64,000 nucleotides of DNA, from assembly GCA_043228905.1 (NCBI GenBank), contig JBHGNT010000002.1:5208001-5272000 (forward strand), read 5' to 3'. The number at the start of each line of letters is the position of its first letter. Position 1 is the stretch's first letter. Origin of the DNA: Azolla caroliniana. Taxonomy: Eukaryota; Plantae; Polypodiophyta. Position numbers and translations under genes: made by a program. This document shows, one piece after another, positions 40,411 to 55,329 of this stretch. The notes beneath the pieces were generated by a model. The model saw nothing but the letters and a program-made list of their open reading frames with translations, was not told the DNA's origin and did no database searches.

Positions 40411-43030
40411 CCTGACACTTTAAACCAAATGTCCCAAGTTCAAAGCATGTTTTGGAGATATTCATAGTGTTAGAACAACAATCAATAAAATCTGAGGACT
40501 ACGTCAAGGGGACCGTCCGCCCTCAACCTATGTCGTTGATTTTCGTCTACTCACAATCTGATATTCCATGGGACGACCAAGCATTGCTAGAGAAATTTCG
40601 GTTCGGGCTACATAATGATGTAAAAGATTTACTTCTTACATTTCCAAAAGAACCAAAGTCACTAATAAAGGCAATTAGTTAAGTAGTGTGATGCGATAAT
40701 CGGATTTTCAAGGGACGTTTAGAACGACAACAACAAATGGCAAGGACAAGGTCAAAACCCACATATGCATCAATTGTAGCAAGACCCTTCCCAAAGGAAT
40801 CATAGAATACAATATCTGCAAATGCTCTAACACAAATGGAAATCGACGCAACACATTGTCGTGGACTATTGTCAGATGAAGAAAAGCAACAACATTGAGC
40901 AAACCGCCTATGTTTATATTGTGTTGGGGTAGGGCATATTGTAGTAAATTGTCCCCATAGGCCTAGACGTCAGGTAAATCAAGTTGCTGATATCGATAAA
41001 CCCGAATCTATTTCATTGGGAGTATCAATCAATTTTAGTAGTCCAAGTTTATCAAATAAATTGGGAGTTCTAAGTCAACTTGAAGAAGAGTTAAATGGTT
41101 CAGTCCAACACAAAATAGGAGTCATTTGGTTGGACAGTCTCGAATCTGTGCAACCCATTAGTGGTTCTGTTTCTCTTAAGCAAGTTATCAAGGTATTCTT
41201 AGCTCAAGTGGAAGTTGGTACTAAAGAGTAACCATCCAGTTCATGTTCCAACACTCATACATATCGGGACAAATTCTTGCATCATGGATAGAGATTTTAC
41301 TTGAATTTATATCTCTAAGAAAACTTACTTAACCAACTTCTGTAACTTAGTCATTGATGGTCACCCCATTGCTTTTGGAAATATCGTAGAAGAGTCGGAA
41401 CCAGTTCATGTTGTACTAGATAATTTGGCATGTGTAATATCTTTTAATATAATTAGCAACCTTGAACATTCAATTGTCTTAGAGTTGTTGTGGTTTGAAT
41501 TGCATAACCCCAAAATCGACTAGAGAAAGAGAAAAATCAAGTATCATCAACAAGATAATATGAAACCACAAGTATTTACTCAATTGATTTCAACTATTTC
41601 ACTAAATAAATTACATACGGAAGGACAAAATGTTTTTATTTGCAGTATCAATGAAGCCTTCCAATAGATATTGTTGAGGAAAAATGAAGAATCACCTTCC
41701 GAAGAAGTATCAAGATTCTGTTGATGTTTTTGATAAGGATAAAGCTACTACATTTCCACAACATCAACCATATGATTGTCCCATTGATTTACAACCAAGA
41801 AAAGAGCCATGGGGACTAATCTACAATTTGTCACCAACCAAGCTTGAGGTTCTTTGAGCATACATGAAGGAGAACTGAGCAAATGGATTCATTCAACACT
41901 CAAAATCTTCAATTGGTGCACCGATTTTTTTGTAAAGAAAATGGATGGCTCACTTTGTCAAATCGCGTAAAGAAAAAAGTTACTATCGAGAATGGGTATG
42001 CACTTCCCTTGATCACTAGTCTTTTAGAACGGGTTAATGGTGAAAAATATTAAATACAAAGATCGATTTACGAGGTGCATATAACCTTGTATGGATTCGA
42101 CCAAGAGACGAGTGGAAGACAATTTTTTGCACTTGATGTGGACATTTTGAGTATATAATTATGTCATTCGAGCAAAAAAATGCACCAACAGTTTTTTAGC
42201 ACATGGAAAATACATTTTTCGAGATCTTTCTAATCATCTATTTGAATGATCTATTGATCTGTTAAAAAACATAAGAGGAGCATGATTCTCTTGTTCATCA
42301 AGTTCTAAAACAAATACGAGAATATGGCCTTTATGCAAAGCTAGAGAAGTGGAATTCTTAGACTATGTCAACTCCCTAAGAGGAATCTCTATGGATCCAA
42401 CTAAGTCCAAACAATGTTGGAGTGGCCGACTCCACGATATGCGCAAGATGTGCAATATTTTCTAGGATTAACAAACTTCCATCGCAATTTTATTCAAGAT
42501 TACTAAAAACTTATTTTGCCTCACACAACTCACAAAGATGGATCATCATTTGTTTGGAGTGTTGAGCAAAAAATATTTTTTTGGATCTCGCAAAGGCATT
42601 TTTACATCCGCTCCTATTCTAGCTCATGTTGATCCACAAAAACCATTTATTATAATGATGAGGATGCACTAGAATTTGCACTTGGTAGTATTTTGTCACA
42701 ACAAGGTAATAATGGGAAGCTACATCCAATGGCTTTCCATTGGCACAAATTTGACAATACCAAGATCAACTATGAGGTACATGACAAGGAGTTATTAGCT
42801 ATAGTTAATTCCTTTGCATAATGACAATATTTGACGGGGACAGTAAGTTTAACACTACACAAGGAAAAAAAGAGGCATCTTGTAACTATCAATGGGGAGA
42901 GCCTTCCTGATGGGAAGCTACATCCAATGGCTTTCCATTGGCACAAATTTGACAATACTAAGATCAACTATGAGGTACATGACAAGGAGTTATTAGCTAT
43001 AGTTGATTCCTTTACACAATGACGATATTT
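40097..43030 (+). mobile_element. Degenerate, 3'-truncated relative of the intact chromovirus (5' LTR about 40097-40417; gag, protease, RT and RNase H remnants)
   Basis: DIPWDDQALLEKFRFGLHNDVKDLLLTFPKEPKSL, VLSQLEEELN, WLDSLESVQPISGS and [17 protein letters not shown] match the intact element. The LTR has TGTCA..TGACA ends. An internal duplication of about 197 bp spans roughly 42714-43085. Confidence 0.9.
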
Positions 43031-43824
43031 GATGGGAAGAGTAAATTTAACACTACACAAGGAAAAAAAGAGGCATCTTGTAACCGTTGACCAAGCTAAT
43101 GTCATAGCTAGATTAAACTACCAAGCACCCACCGTAAATATATCTATAACCTTTAATAATATGTTAAGTCAAAACAATTCTAGGCAGGAAATAGTCAATT
43201 TAACGCCTGCACAAGGCTAAAACCATTGATCAAGCTAATGGTGTGCAAGCTTAAACTACCAAGCAGCCACCAATGATATATATCTATCACCTTCAATAAT
43301 ATGGAAGCGACAACAATTACATGCTTGGCACAACTATAATTGTTGTATTCCAAGCATCTTTATGGATAGTACAAATGTTTACACTTAGACTGCTGCCTTC
43401 CAGGACCCATCCAAGCTGACTGCTTACACACTTTCCCAACCACCACATTTTCTAGTCAGCAAAGTCATCAGCCACTCACAAATATGCAGAAAATAAGCTG
43501 ATTTCTTCTTTATCCAAGGAAAAAAAAAATGCCATTGTACAAAAGTTCTTGAATCGAATAGCTATTTGTGTCTAAATTCTAATGATATTTCCTGTTAGCT
43601 TCAAAATTCATTTGCAACATTCTGATAAACTGTATATGCTACCACTTTTGAGCCGTTTGAAAAAGATATATAGCCTACACCTGGTTCTGAAGAATGCATT
43701 CAAAGTGGAGTGTGATATTTTATCACCCCTCTGTGACGTAACTCTATAGGCTATATAAACACCACATTCAATAAAAAATGCGATGCTCTGTAGTATGAAA
43801 ATCAGATTGCCTTTGTAATATATA

Positions 43825-46800
43825 TTATCCTTCATCAATCACATTTGTGTCATTAGCATCACCTACATTAGGTAATTTGCTAAGATCTGGTAACCAGAAT
43901 GCAAGAACTGCAGATGCACTCGCAAACATGACTCGGCGTGGGGCCCACTTCACAACAGCTGGAATTCCTGCATGATTTAACCAACATGCTACCTGCAAGG
44001 GCAATACAATGTACTATTTAGCACATGAATTTGATTAGCAGATAAAATGTGATCACCATGAGTGAGATACATAGAATGATAGATCTATTAGCCTCCTAGG
44101 AGACAAAATGTGGTCTGTGGGACAGTATGTAAAATACTCCAGGACTGAGTGCATTAAATATTCCAGGAGTTTGGATGGGGTTATCAAAGTCCCCAGATGG
44201 GTGATCACCATTATTATGAAGGTGACAATGTTGGTAAGTGTTGACTTCTCTGAATGGAGTGTAAGGAATTTATTTCATATCTCTAAATGGCCCTATGGAA
44301 CGAATTGATAGATCTCATTTGAAAACGTTGCCTCATCTTGGAGAATAAAGGAAAAAAATTTAATAAAAAATGGGTACCCCACAGCACTGGAAAGTTCTAT
44401 TGCGTCAATGGAAAGTGAACCCAAGCTCTGGGACTAATCAAGTACAATGATTACATATTTCCTCTTTGATATATGTCATTGACATATTTTCAAAAGAAGA
44501 AAATAAAGTGATTCACTCGACTTCATATCCAAGATTGGTAGGTACGGTGAAACGATGCTATGAGGAAGTTTAACAAGTGCATCTGGGTCTCCTCGTGCAA
44601 ATGGGACATGGCAGGCAATTATCTCCATAATTTGATATGGGCCATGTTCCTTGTATCCTGGTACTCATGGTCTCCTCTGTCTCTGGCATTCCTCTGCTTG
44701 CTCTATGGTGACTCCCAGATATGTAGTTAGTAGAGGTAAAGACTTATGTGCAATTGTAGTTACATCCCACATGCTAATGTGAGGTTTGATTCCCAATGAT
44801 TTTGAAGCTTGAGCAACATTTGGCCAAATTGTCGTGAATCAGCCTTCTCCATCGTTTGTGAAATTGGAGTCCACATAGCGGGTAGCATATTTCTTCTTGA
44901 TGTGGTCGAAAGCTGGGGACCAACGTACAATGTTCATCATTTTCACTCTCTCCTTACTTCACATAATTTTTAGAATCTTTCAGCTATAGGTATTAATGCT
45001 CATTGCGCCTCAATCTTTCCTCTTTGCTAGCACTATGGGGCAAAAGGATGATCATGTACTTCAGCCTTTGTATGAATTCATCCTCCAAAAAAGTTCATGA
45101 AATGATCTTTATAGTAGGCCATTTTTGGGAAGTGGCTCCCTTGTGAGCCAAGCCATTTGGGTATACAGCTATCATAGATATTGCCACCGCAATACCTTGT
45201 TTCCTTCATCATTTGGGAGAGGTGTACAATATCGAAAGGATGGCAAGTTCTCAATGTTGAGGCCATTGTTGCTGAGACACATCATCATCTGTGTGTGGCA
45301 TGTTCCTTCTGCTTGTTCTATTGTCGCCATTTGCTTTGATGCTGCAAAGGCCTTACATGTAATAGATGGAAAGATTCAAATCTGGCTGACAAGGTTTACT
45401 GTCTGGCAAAATGCTTCTACCATCATGGAGGTGCTGCCAATTCAGCACCAATGATCTTGTGTGGGGTGGATGCTTTGCCACATATCATCCGTGACAACAT
45501 CATGACTAGTGGACACTCTAGGTGTGTCCACATCATGTATAGGGGAGGCACGGAGCGCATATGGATGCACCATACATGAGGGGAGCGGTAATCCTGGCTT
45601 ACATTTGTACAAAGTTGTGGATACATCTTTTAGCAAACCTCACATCACAGCTACAATTGTGGGCTATATTCCTTGCAAAGTGGTGTCTGGAAGATGTGGT
45701 AAGGAAAACTGTTGATGGCAAAGGTTTGGAGTATAGTAGAGAGTTGGGAGGTGAGTGCATTGAAGTGTGTTGGATCCAGATGGTAGAGTCCTTGGTGTAC
45801 ATGTTGACTAAGTCTAAGCTTTTTATAGTTCATAAGTAACGTGAATGATTGTGCATAGGGGGCACGGTTAGTGATGAGGAAGTCGTTGGCTGTGATGGTG
45901 TGTTGGACGCAAGAATTATGGAAAGGTAAGTATGGTCACTGCCAATTGGGGTGGGATGGTGAATGTTTTGATGGTTTGGGTGGCGTCCCTTGTCATCCTC
46001 CTAGTGCAAAACATGTAAGGCCACTAGAATCCAGCCATGAGTTCATGTCATCGTAGATAACTAGTTGGTGTCGAGACCCTAGCTCTAATAGATGTTTTCC
46101 GTATCCCGAGTTGTTTGGTCCTGAGTCAGTTGAGCTCCTGCATGTTCCCAAGACCTCCAAAGTATCAAATGCCTAAACTTTGAGTCTTCCAACTCATAGG
46201 TATCACATTGTCTATTTTGTGTCCTGGCATTGAGATTCCAATGTGGAATACTTCACCTAGACTTGAGCATTGCATACTGCTCTCAGATAAGATATTTTAG
46301 GGTGATCCAATTTCTCTCTCTATAACTTCCTTGATTGTCAACATTTACTTCTGCATATTTTGATCCATTGGGAGGGAAGTAGCACAGCGCAATAAATAAG
46401 ATTCGTGTCACTGAGAGCTCGAGTTGGATCCACATGTATCTAGCCTCAGCATCCCGTTCCACTATGTGTAGCAGTGGTTTTAACAATTGTAGGCCGAGAA
46501 TTGCGATCCCACCCCACCCTTGTGATGTACTTTGTCTAATGGTTTGCCTGTAGCAGGCTCCCATTGAAAATACTCCACTTGGGGCAGACCTTTCTCTAGG
46601 CTTTAGTGCATTTCTATAAAGAGGAGCATATCTTGTCCAGCCATGACCTCTTACATTCTTCTCAAGTGTGTCTGAAGTGCTGCTCCATTGCAGTTCCAAA
46701 CTATTGTCTAATTCTATTGCCTAACAGGCCTTGAATTCCTATTTGATGGCCTTGCCATTGATAACAACATGGGCATCCTGGTAGACAGCTTTCTTGTCTT

Positions 46801-49800
46801 CCTTGCGTGCTTAAATGATGTTTGGCATACATTGTTTTCTATGGTGCATCTTTGTCAGGCTGTCATCAAGGAAAATAGGGGGCTAGCCATATGATTCACT
46901 TTTTTGTGGAAGGCAATTCTTCCTACTTCATTTGAAAATAGTAATATAAGAACTCAAGCTTTAGTGGCATCTTTTCCCACTCTCCAATACTTGGTGAATG
47001 GGGTTGGCTCTTCCCTGTGATACCCGAGTTTGGTACAGTGTGTCCTTCATTGTGGGTGCCATTTGGTGACTCCAGGATGCCTGTGACTCAAACATTGAGT
47101 CGTCTTACAAGCATCATCTGCTCTTCTTCATTGTAAAGTACACAAGTTTGATTCTTGGTCATTATACCAGTTTTATAACTAACTCCACCAATCCCAACTC
47201 TTTTGCTTCAATTTCTGTTTTTATTTCTTGCTTGACTACTTGAGCCAACCTTCTTATAGTTCACCTTTGATATTGTCTAGGTTGTTCACTTCCACTTCAT
47301 TGGCTAGTGAAAGTTCTCCTTTTGCCTCCTCTTTACGATTTCCACCCTGCTTTTTGTTTAATTCGGCTTTGATGTTCTCAATTTTCGGGTTAACTTCACT
47401 CTCTTCATATTCAACAAACTTCACCTTCATTGCTTCATATTCAATTTGAAGGTATTTGTTGGCTTCTTCAAGTATGGAGTCTAACATTATAAGGCACTAA
47501 TCTTCACCTCCATTGTTTCGTATTCAATTCAAAAGTTATTTGATGTCTTCTTTGAGTATGGAGGATCAACATTGTAATTATTGTATAAGAGTTCTTCATG
47601 TTCAAGTTTATCAAATCCTGTGTTGTTTTCTGAAGGTTTATTTATTTAGTGTCCAGCCATCTTCTCGAGGCTTGTCGTGTTTGCCCTCCGAAGACTAATA
47701 AAATCTATCTATCTGTCATGAGTTCGGTGGTGTTTGTTGGTGGTCCTTGAGAGGAAGAGAGATATGATTACTTGTACATTAGAGAGACGAGAAAAAGAAC
47801 CTACGAATGCAACAAACCGTAAAAATTCTACAATGCAAGAAATGGAAACACTAAAACTCGGCATGAAACCCTAAAACCACAGCATGAAAGCCTAAAACGC
47901 ACAAGAAATCAACAAAAACGCCAAAACGCAGCAACAAACGAGTGAGAGAGGGAGAACCTGATTTCCTGATACTGTGCTCCAAACACGTAAACTCCCATCT
48001 CCAGATCCTACAAAAAAGCATACCATTCGATTTGAAATCCTTTACAAATGATTCTATCAGAGAAGAACAGGTACAAAATGTTACTTATATTAAAAGAGAC
48101 CTGATATGACAAATTGTCCATCTGGACTAAATGATGCCTCCAATGTACCTCCCTCAGGGTTTGCCTCCAAAGTAAACCCATGCAACTGCAAATTAATAGA
48201 ATTAGTGACTAATATTAAGAGTTTTAGACCAGAATAGAAACACATTGACAAATAATCCATGAGTTCAAATGAAATAGAATCTGCATGCACAAATTCACAT
48301 ACTTGAAAAAAATGGGTATTTGGGTACAAATGCATACGCATGACAAATGGTTATCAAGAAGCTTCCATTAGTACACTGGAAGAAAGTGTTGAAAAACATA
48401 GAATGGACAAAGAGAAATGGTAATTAAGGGAATTCCATGAGTCTTGAAAGCATCCAGTGGAATTCGCAAATCAAGATGTGATCAAATTTCATAAAATCAA
48501 TTTAACATTCTTGGAAGCAAAAATAATACACGGAATCAGCAGGTATTATAGCCCTATAAGGCAAGCCATTCAAAATGCTCATAAATGCTTTCGTTCCAGC
48601 AGCTCCTATAATAAAGAATTATTTATGCTCCCACCAACTACCTTGCATTTCTTACAACTTCCTATATCAACTTTGAGAGGAAGCTCTTTACAATTTGGAA
48701 AGGCACAAGCTCTTTAACAGCTCTATCTACAATGATCTCCCTACTAGGAAGGTTGAACACATCTGAAGAGTGGAGATCTCATGATACCTAGCAACTAGAA
48801 GACAATCAATGTTGTCCATTACCTGGCCAACTAGAAGGCAATTAAGGGCTACGCAAATACAATCTCAGCCATAACATTTGAAAGGGATAAAATAGAATAA
48901 GATATAACAATATGCAGGGCCTTGCTTTGGAGACATGTCCATCTTGGATCTGCAAAGTTTCAGTCAATCTACATTCAGAACGTTAAATGCTTAGCCAATT
49001 AGAACATATTGTACGTTAGAAAATTTTACTGACCTTGTTGTATTTTTACTTATTTTGGTTTGCTGTTCTCCAATAAGAGACAGCAAATCAAAATAAGTAA
49101 ATATAATCTCCCATTAGATCTTGTAGGCCATATTTTGGCTCAATTCTTACTTTCCTCTCATTCCTGCTCTATTTGACTACCACCCCATAGGTCCTATTTG
49201 ACCTCTGTGGACAATTTTAAAACCCATCTATCTGAGAAGCTGTGGTTGATCTCTCCACTACTGTCTTTCTTATATATTCTCTTTCTCATTCATTATCCCA
49301 TTCAATGGTCATTAGTAACACAAATAGAAAGGAAATCCTCCTTCAACACTGAATAACAACATTAAGCCAATAAAAGACACATGTTTGATATGTGTAAAGA
49401 AACAAAAATGCAACAACTGCAAAAAATAGTAAAATTAGGTGCATTTGATCCAATCACAAAAGCAAAATAATCATGTGCTAAAGCAAGGAAAGGAAATACG
49501 AATAGTAAATAGGACCTTTTTTCCCGTATAAGCATCAAGGACATAGACATGGCTGCTTGTGGTTGAAAGAAGCATCATTTTACCATCATTACTGAACTTC
49601 ATCCCAGATACTTCTGCAGTATCACCCCCTACCAGGAATGTATCAAATGGACCCTAGAGAAGCATTCATTTGTAAGCAGAGTTTAAAATTGTAAAGAAAC
49701 TAGATGGTGCTTCAGACATACCTTGTCATAGGATCGAGCATCAAATAATTTGATGGCTCCCCCTTCCATGGCTACTGCAAACACAAGACCTTGTTGATCA

Positions 49801-52800
49801 TATGCTACCGCTGGTCTACCACGGACTCGAAGCAACCCCTGTAAAAAAACAGGGGAAATATTCTATGTCAAATCCATCTCCATATTGAATATCCTAGAGT
49901 TTTCTTTATTTCCAAAATGCCATAAGTTCCATTATTTTCCCAATACCCTGGATGCCGTAGAAAAGGTATAAATTTATCACATAATAGCTCGATAGCACAT
50001 GAGCAAAAGGGGATGAATTCATCATAAATTGCTCACAAGGACATTTGAAGAAATCACGAAAACTTAAGAGCAGTTGGGGAATAAAGGAAAAGTAACAGGT
50101 ATTTTTGAGTTTTGCCATTGAACATAAGTATACTATGTCTTAGCAACCTGGCATGTACTGTCTCGTAGATCCCATAAACGAACTGTGTGATCCAGTGAAC
50201 CTGACATGAAAGAATCATTTTTTGGTGACATGCAGAGAGACACGACCCTGTTTCACAGAAAAATTCTCATATTAGAATAAATGATAACGAAAACAGACAA
50301 TACCATATAAGTAGTTGACATCCTACCTATCAATATGGCCTTTGAAATACCGCAAGTATCGATTATCATATAGTGAGAGATACCGTAAAGAATCTGAGAG
50401 AAAAAGTATTATTAATGAATTCAAACAGATTATTTATTTATTATCTACAGAATATAATTCACATACCATCCCAATCATTTTTTGAAGCATAAAGCACAGC
50501 GCTTGTGTGATGAGTGAAACATATCTGACTGACACCATACTTTTTACTATGTACCATCTTCACAACCCTAGATAACATGAACACTAATCATGATTCACAA
50601 TGGATGTACATAATGCAAATTCAAGAAAATAACAGCTCAATCAAGTTCATGACATTACGATGCTTTAGCTGTATTATACAGACGGATAGATTCATCATCA
50701 CTTGCAGTCACCAGAAGGTCCTCTGTACGATGAAAATCCATTGAATTAATAACCCTGCCATTCTGCACATCAGAATGAAAAGGGATTAACAAGTGCATTG
50801 ATATAAATCAAAGATACAACATTACTGATATGCATTTGCATAAAACAAGCAGAAAACAAACTAAGATGAACTTACATCTGTAGGTCAAGTTTTACAACTT
50901 AAAGTTTATCTTCAGAATGTCATAATATTGCTCAAAAATGCTAAAACGGATGGACTCATTGCAAGAAAACGGATTGATTCTCAACTGAACAATTGTCAAA
51001 GATTGGCAAGAGAATTACTCTATAAAGTGAGGAACCAGAAAATCAGCTAGCTAATTATCATGTATATGGTGAGGGAAAATCAATATATGACCTAATAAAA
51101 TGTCACCAAAAGAATAGATGGATAGGCTGATTGCAGGCTCGTGCTTGGATGAATGACTCATGCTCTCAAAGGCACAAAGCCACTCTCTTATTTTGTTGTT
51201 TTCTGGAATTCATGAAGGTATTGACCACTAACTCAATACAAATTGTGTGCAACATTGAAACCAAGTTGGAATGTCAAATATTCAATTTCTGAGATTGTAT
51301 ATTGAAATCGGTAAGAAATAACACATTTTACAAAAATGTGTGAACTAAGGATTCCATGTCTTGGAATACAGATATATCAAGATTGTGTAGGTTTCAAGCA
51401 GTAACTTGGACATAAGAACCAGGGTTATTGATCTAGATACATGGCATGCACTTCTAGCATAAAGTTTAAACCTCAAGTCTTCTTCACAGTCAAGACTTCC
51501 ATTGCAAGCTCTTCATTGAGATCTTGACAGTGTCAATCAAGTGGCTAGAGATAGGAAAGTAAAGATTAAACAAGGCCTTCTACAAAGTGAATCTCCTCGA
51601 AGTATCACCTCAATAAAGATGTGGAAAATATCCATCAACCTCAATGAAGATAAAATTCTTGCATACATAGAGCAACACAAAAAACCTTGTGTCTGTTCTG
51701 TCCCAAAGATCAATCGTGTCTTCATTGACTATTGATCAAAGAAATATTGGAAGGGCGGGCCTAATGGAAAACTGATTAAAAACATGCTTAAGAATGTGGA
51801 AAGCCTGGAGTTGTTCTCATTAAAAAAACTAACCAAAGATTCAATGAAAATTCATCTCCATCTTTTAAATGGTCAAGTTGGAACCATCAAGCTTCACACC
51901 AGAAGGTGATATATGCAGCATGGATGTTTCAACATTGTTTCACTGAAGTAAGAATGCCCAAAACAATTTCTTGGCTCATATGTGAGACAATAGTCAAGAA
52001 AAACATATTGAAAAGCATGTACTCAAGTCAATTTATCTTAAGATAATAATGACATGAGATAGCAGATAGTGGTAGGTTGTTTTTCTTGTCATTTAAATCT
52101 AGACTTTAATTTTTCCCTAGAAAGAATGCAATCAGTTCCATTATTATTCTGCCATAGGAGGACTTTGCTGTTCTACTTGAGTAAATATTTTTTATATTCA
52201 CTTGATACTAAATCATAATTATGTTTAGACATCCTAGACCTATACTTCCAAAAGTACTTACAGTTGCTTTTCCCCAATAAATGGGAGAAACCTGATGTCC
52301 TCTCTAAAGCATTTCCTCATTCGATGTTCCATTACATAGCTACATTCCACCATCAACACACCAAATGCCAAAAAAAGTAGGCTCCATCACAATATGACGC
52401 CTTTCAACAGAAGTGTGAATAACTTTTATGAGCAATGGCTTGATAGTAATAAAATCTTTGACCATCCTTGAAACGTATGAGATGCTTTATCTCCCCATGA
52501 AAAGCCATAAGTAGACATGCAAAGAAGTCATTTATTTTTCGAATGGTGCTTATTCTCTGTGCTAGAAATGTACAGACTACTATAAAATCTTGCAATGAGT
52601 AAAAATGTGCTCCATAACCCTAAACCGTAAATCTTAAACCATAAACCATAACATCAACCATCTCCTGACTCTTGGAACAGTTTCCTATCATTCAAATTTC
52701 CATTGTGCGATGCCTTATTTAAGAACATGAAAAAATATTGCTAGTCCCATGAAAAACCGCTACATGCATCAACTTTGTCTTTTGCAAAAAAGTTTGTAAG

Positions 52801-53337
52801 AAATGCATAATGTCAACAGATAAAGTTTCACATACTGCATAAGAAACAGCAATATATAGAGATTGAAAAACGACCGACAACAATCCTAATATTTACCCAA
52901 ATAACTTTTCTTTCTCGAGAATACATACATAGATGCATATATGTGTGTGCCACCGAAGGAAATCATAGTTTCTCAAAAAGAAAAGGATTAGCAGACCATA
53001 CGGGTTTTTTCTAAACATGGGAAGGTTTTAACAAAGAGCTACCATTGTTAATCATTACGTTACATATATTCCATTCGTGACAAAATTTAAATCAAAAAAA
53101 ATAATCAAAAATGAATTGATAAGTAAAAAGAAAAAATCAACAGCAAGCTGAGAAGGAAGGGAAAAGGAGACATACGTAATCATTAAAAACTGCACCAACA
53201 GACATGCTGTTGACCAGAGGCTCGCTGATGGATCTCAGGCCTTGAACTTGGTGACCTTGACCTTGAACCTGGCCAAGGCCTTGACCTTGAGCTTGAGCCT
53301 GCACAGAAGCTTCGTCGATCATCGCGCCTTCCATCAT
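43825..53337 (-). CDS. APRF1: WD40 protein of the Swd2/WDR82 family (APRF1-like); exons 53337-53176, 50762-50659, 50567-50467, 50393-50327, 50247-50148, 49838-49722, 49653-49516, 48185-48101, 48007-47958, 43992-43825
   Basis: All ten exons splice in frame at GT-AG sites. Peptides include [118 protein letters not shown] and [13 protein letters not shown]. Confidence 0.92.
44560..47750 (-). mobile_element. Degenerate LINE (ORF1-like coiled coil, AP endonuclease, RT remnants) filling the last intron of the WD40 gene
   Basis: [27 protein letters not shown] endonuclease; ORF1-like charged segment at 47254-47487; RT-like remnants at 44900-45700. Boundaries are approximate. Confidence 0.7.
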
Positions 53338-53554
53338 GTGCGTAGTTAGCTGCTGAGCTCTCCAGGACTGCTCCTCACGTTTGCAGGCAAGGCAGAGAGA
53401 AAGAAAGAAGCAGAAAGAAAGGGGTTTCAAGAGGCGGAGGCAGTGCTCGAACTCGAGACCTCCATGTCCACTCCAAGTTCCCTTCAAATCTCATTATCAT
53501 GGAAATGAACCGCATGCGATCAAATGGAGAACTTAATCAAACTCTCATCCTCGA

Positions 53555-54205
53555 TTAATCCTAGTTTCGGCTCGAACCGAACCGAACCATCAAGCCTCAG
53601 TTTCACGGTTTATCGGCTCCAACATGACAAATCCTAGTTTCGGCTCGAACCGAACCGAACCATCAAGCCTCGGCTTCACGGTTTATCGGCTCCAACATCA
53701 TTAAACACTTTGATTTGGTTGGTTCAAATATATTTAAATGGTTTGGCTTTAGTTCGGTTTGATTCTAAAACTCAAGTTTATCCGATTTGTAGGTTTAAGC
53801 AATTCGGTTTAAATGGTAGTTTATTGGTTTTTTATTAACTTTTTTTCTCTTTCCTTAATGGTTAATGGTAATGGTTTAATCATTAGTTTTGTCTATTGAT
53901 TTAATTCATTTAACTTAAATGCTTTTTTATTTAATTTTTTCATTAATGGTTTAACTATGTATTAGTTTTTTGTCTATTGATTTAATTAATTTAACTTAAA
54001 TGTTTACTTTATTTTATTTAAATTTTTAATTAATTTGACTTAAATGGCTAGGTTTTAATTTGTGAGTAAATGGTTCGGTTTGGTTTCAACTTTCCCCTAA
54101 ACGGTTTGGTTTACCTTTTCCCGAATGGTTTGGTTTTTGTTTTCTATAAATGGTTCGATTCTGTTTGTTGTGGTCTCGAGGCAAAGAAATTGAACCGAAT
54201 CGGAC
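53555..54205. mobile_element. MITE-like element in the WD40 gene promoter region
   Basis: AACCGAACCG/GGTTCGGTT repeats at both ends, an AT-rich core and a 73-bp tandem duplication at about 53557-53698. Confidence 0.5.
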
Positions 54206-54215
54206 CCATAGCTCT

Positions 54216-54472
54216 TGTTGAGAATCAAACTCAACTTCCCTAGTGTGGGAACACACCTTAGTATACTCAAGTGTATGAACACCTCACCGCCTAATATAGT
54301 AACTAGTGTGTCATAGAACCTTAAAGTTCTATGACACATTTTTAGTGTAGTTAAGCCTCCATCTCTCTTTAGTAAGTGGTGGTTGTAGAGAGAGAAGGTT
54401 ACTACATAAGCACCTTTCTCCTCCTCTTTGTAATGTTAATGTTCATGTTAATACAAATTTTCAGCTTTTTTG

Positions 54473-54522
<50 letters not shown>

Positions 54523-54557
54523 CTTCTGCTGCACAAAACCACTCTTGATTCTTTACA
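54216..54557. mobile_element. LTR-like element with termini shared with 20733-21181
   Basis: TGTTGAGAATCAA..TGATTCTTTACA; internal (CT)n; flanks GCTCT/ACTAT match only partly. Confidence 0.6.
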
Positions 54558-55329
54558 ACTATCTATGGGGGTGAGGGTTGCATCCCTACATATGCTTGGA
54601 AAGAGTTTGAAAATGTACGAGACCATTTTCTCACAAAGTCTCTCTGAGTCAAGAAACAAAGTCTACTTCTTGAGATGGACCACTTCCCATTGAGATCATG
54701 CCCATGGAAAGGGTTGTCAAACACATGCTTGAAGTTCAAAAAAGTTCCCTCTCATTGACTTCCTATAATCACATAGGAAGTGAGCAAAAATATCCAACAT
54801 ATGCATTAAAGATTTTTTTTCTGGTCTGGTTAGATGCAAGATATGGAAGAACCGTTTGGTGGATGGGATGCAACACACTTGCTTCATGATGTATCACTAG
54901 ATTCCTCTATAAATGAGACATTTTTGCAATGCCAATGTATCATGACATGGTGAAAAATGTGGTATAGGCTCATGCATCACACATTATACTTCATATGTTG
55001 CACCTAACTACAAAATCATTTTCTTTATTGAACGGGGAAACCATACACATTGATACATGTTAGAGCCTATCCTATTAATTGCCATCTAAACCATTATTTC
55101 CACGTGACTTACCTCACATGCATTGTGATGTGAGAAGGGGCATTGGGGCACAAGTGATGAGAGTAGTTGACTATGCACACTTTTTCCGAAACAAGTTCCG
55201 AAGTTTGAGTATCACACTTTGATACAATGCTCTTCCTATAATCACATTCAATTATGTTTTCCCCACATCTTTAACTAGTCCCAATCCTTGCACAAATTTC
55301 TCTTGTAGTGACAATGTGCACTCTCAATT

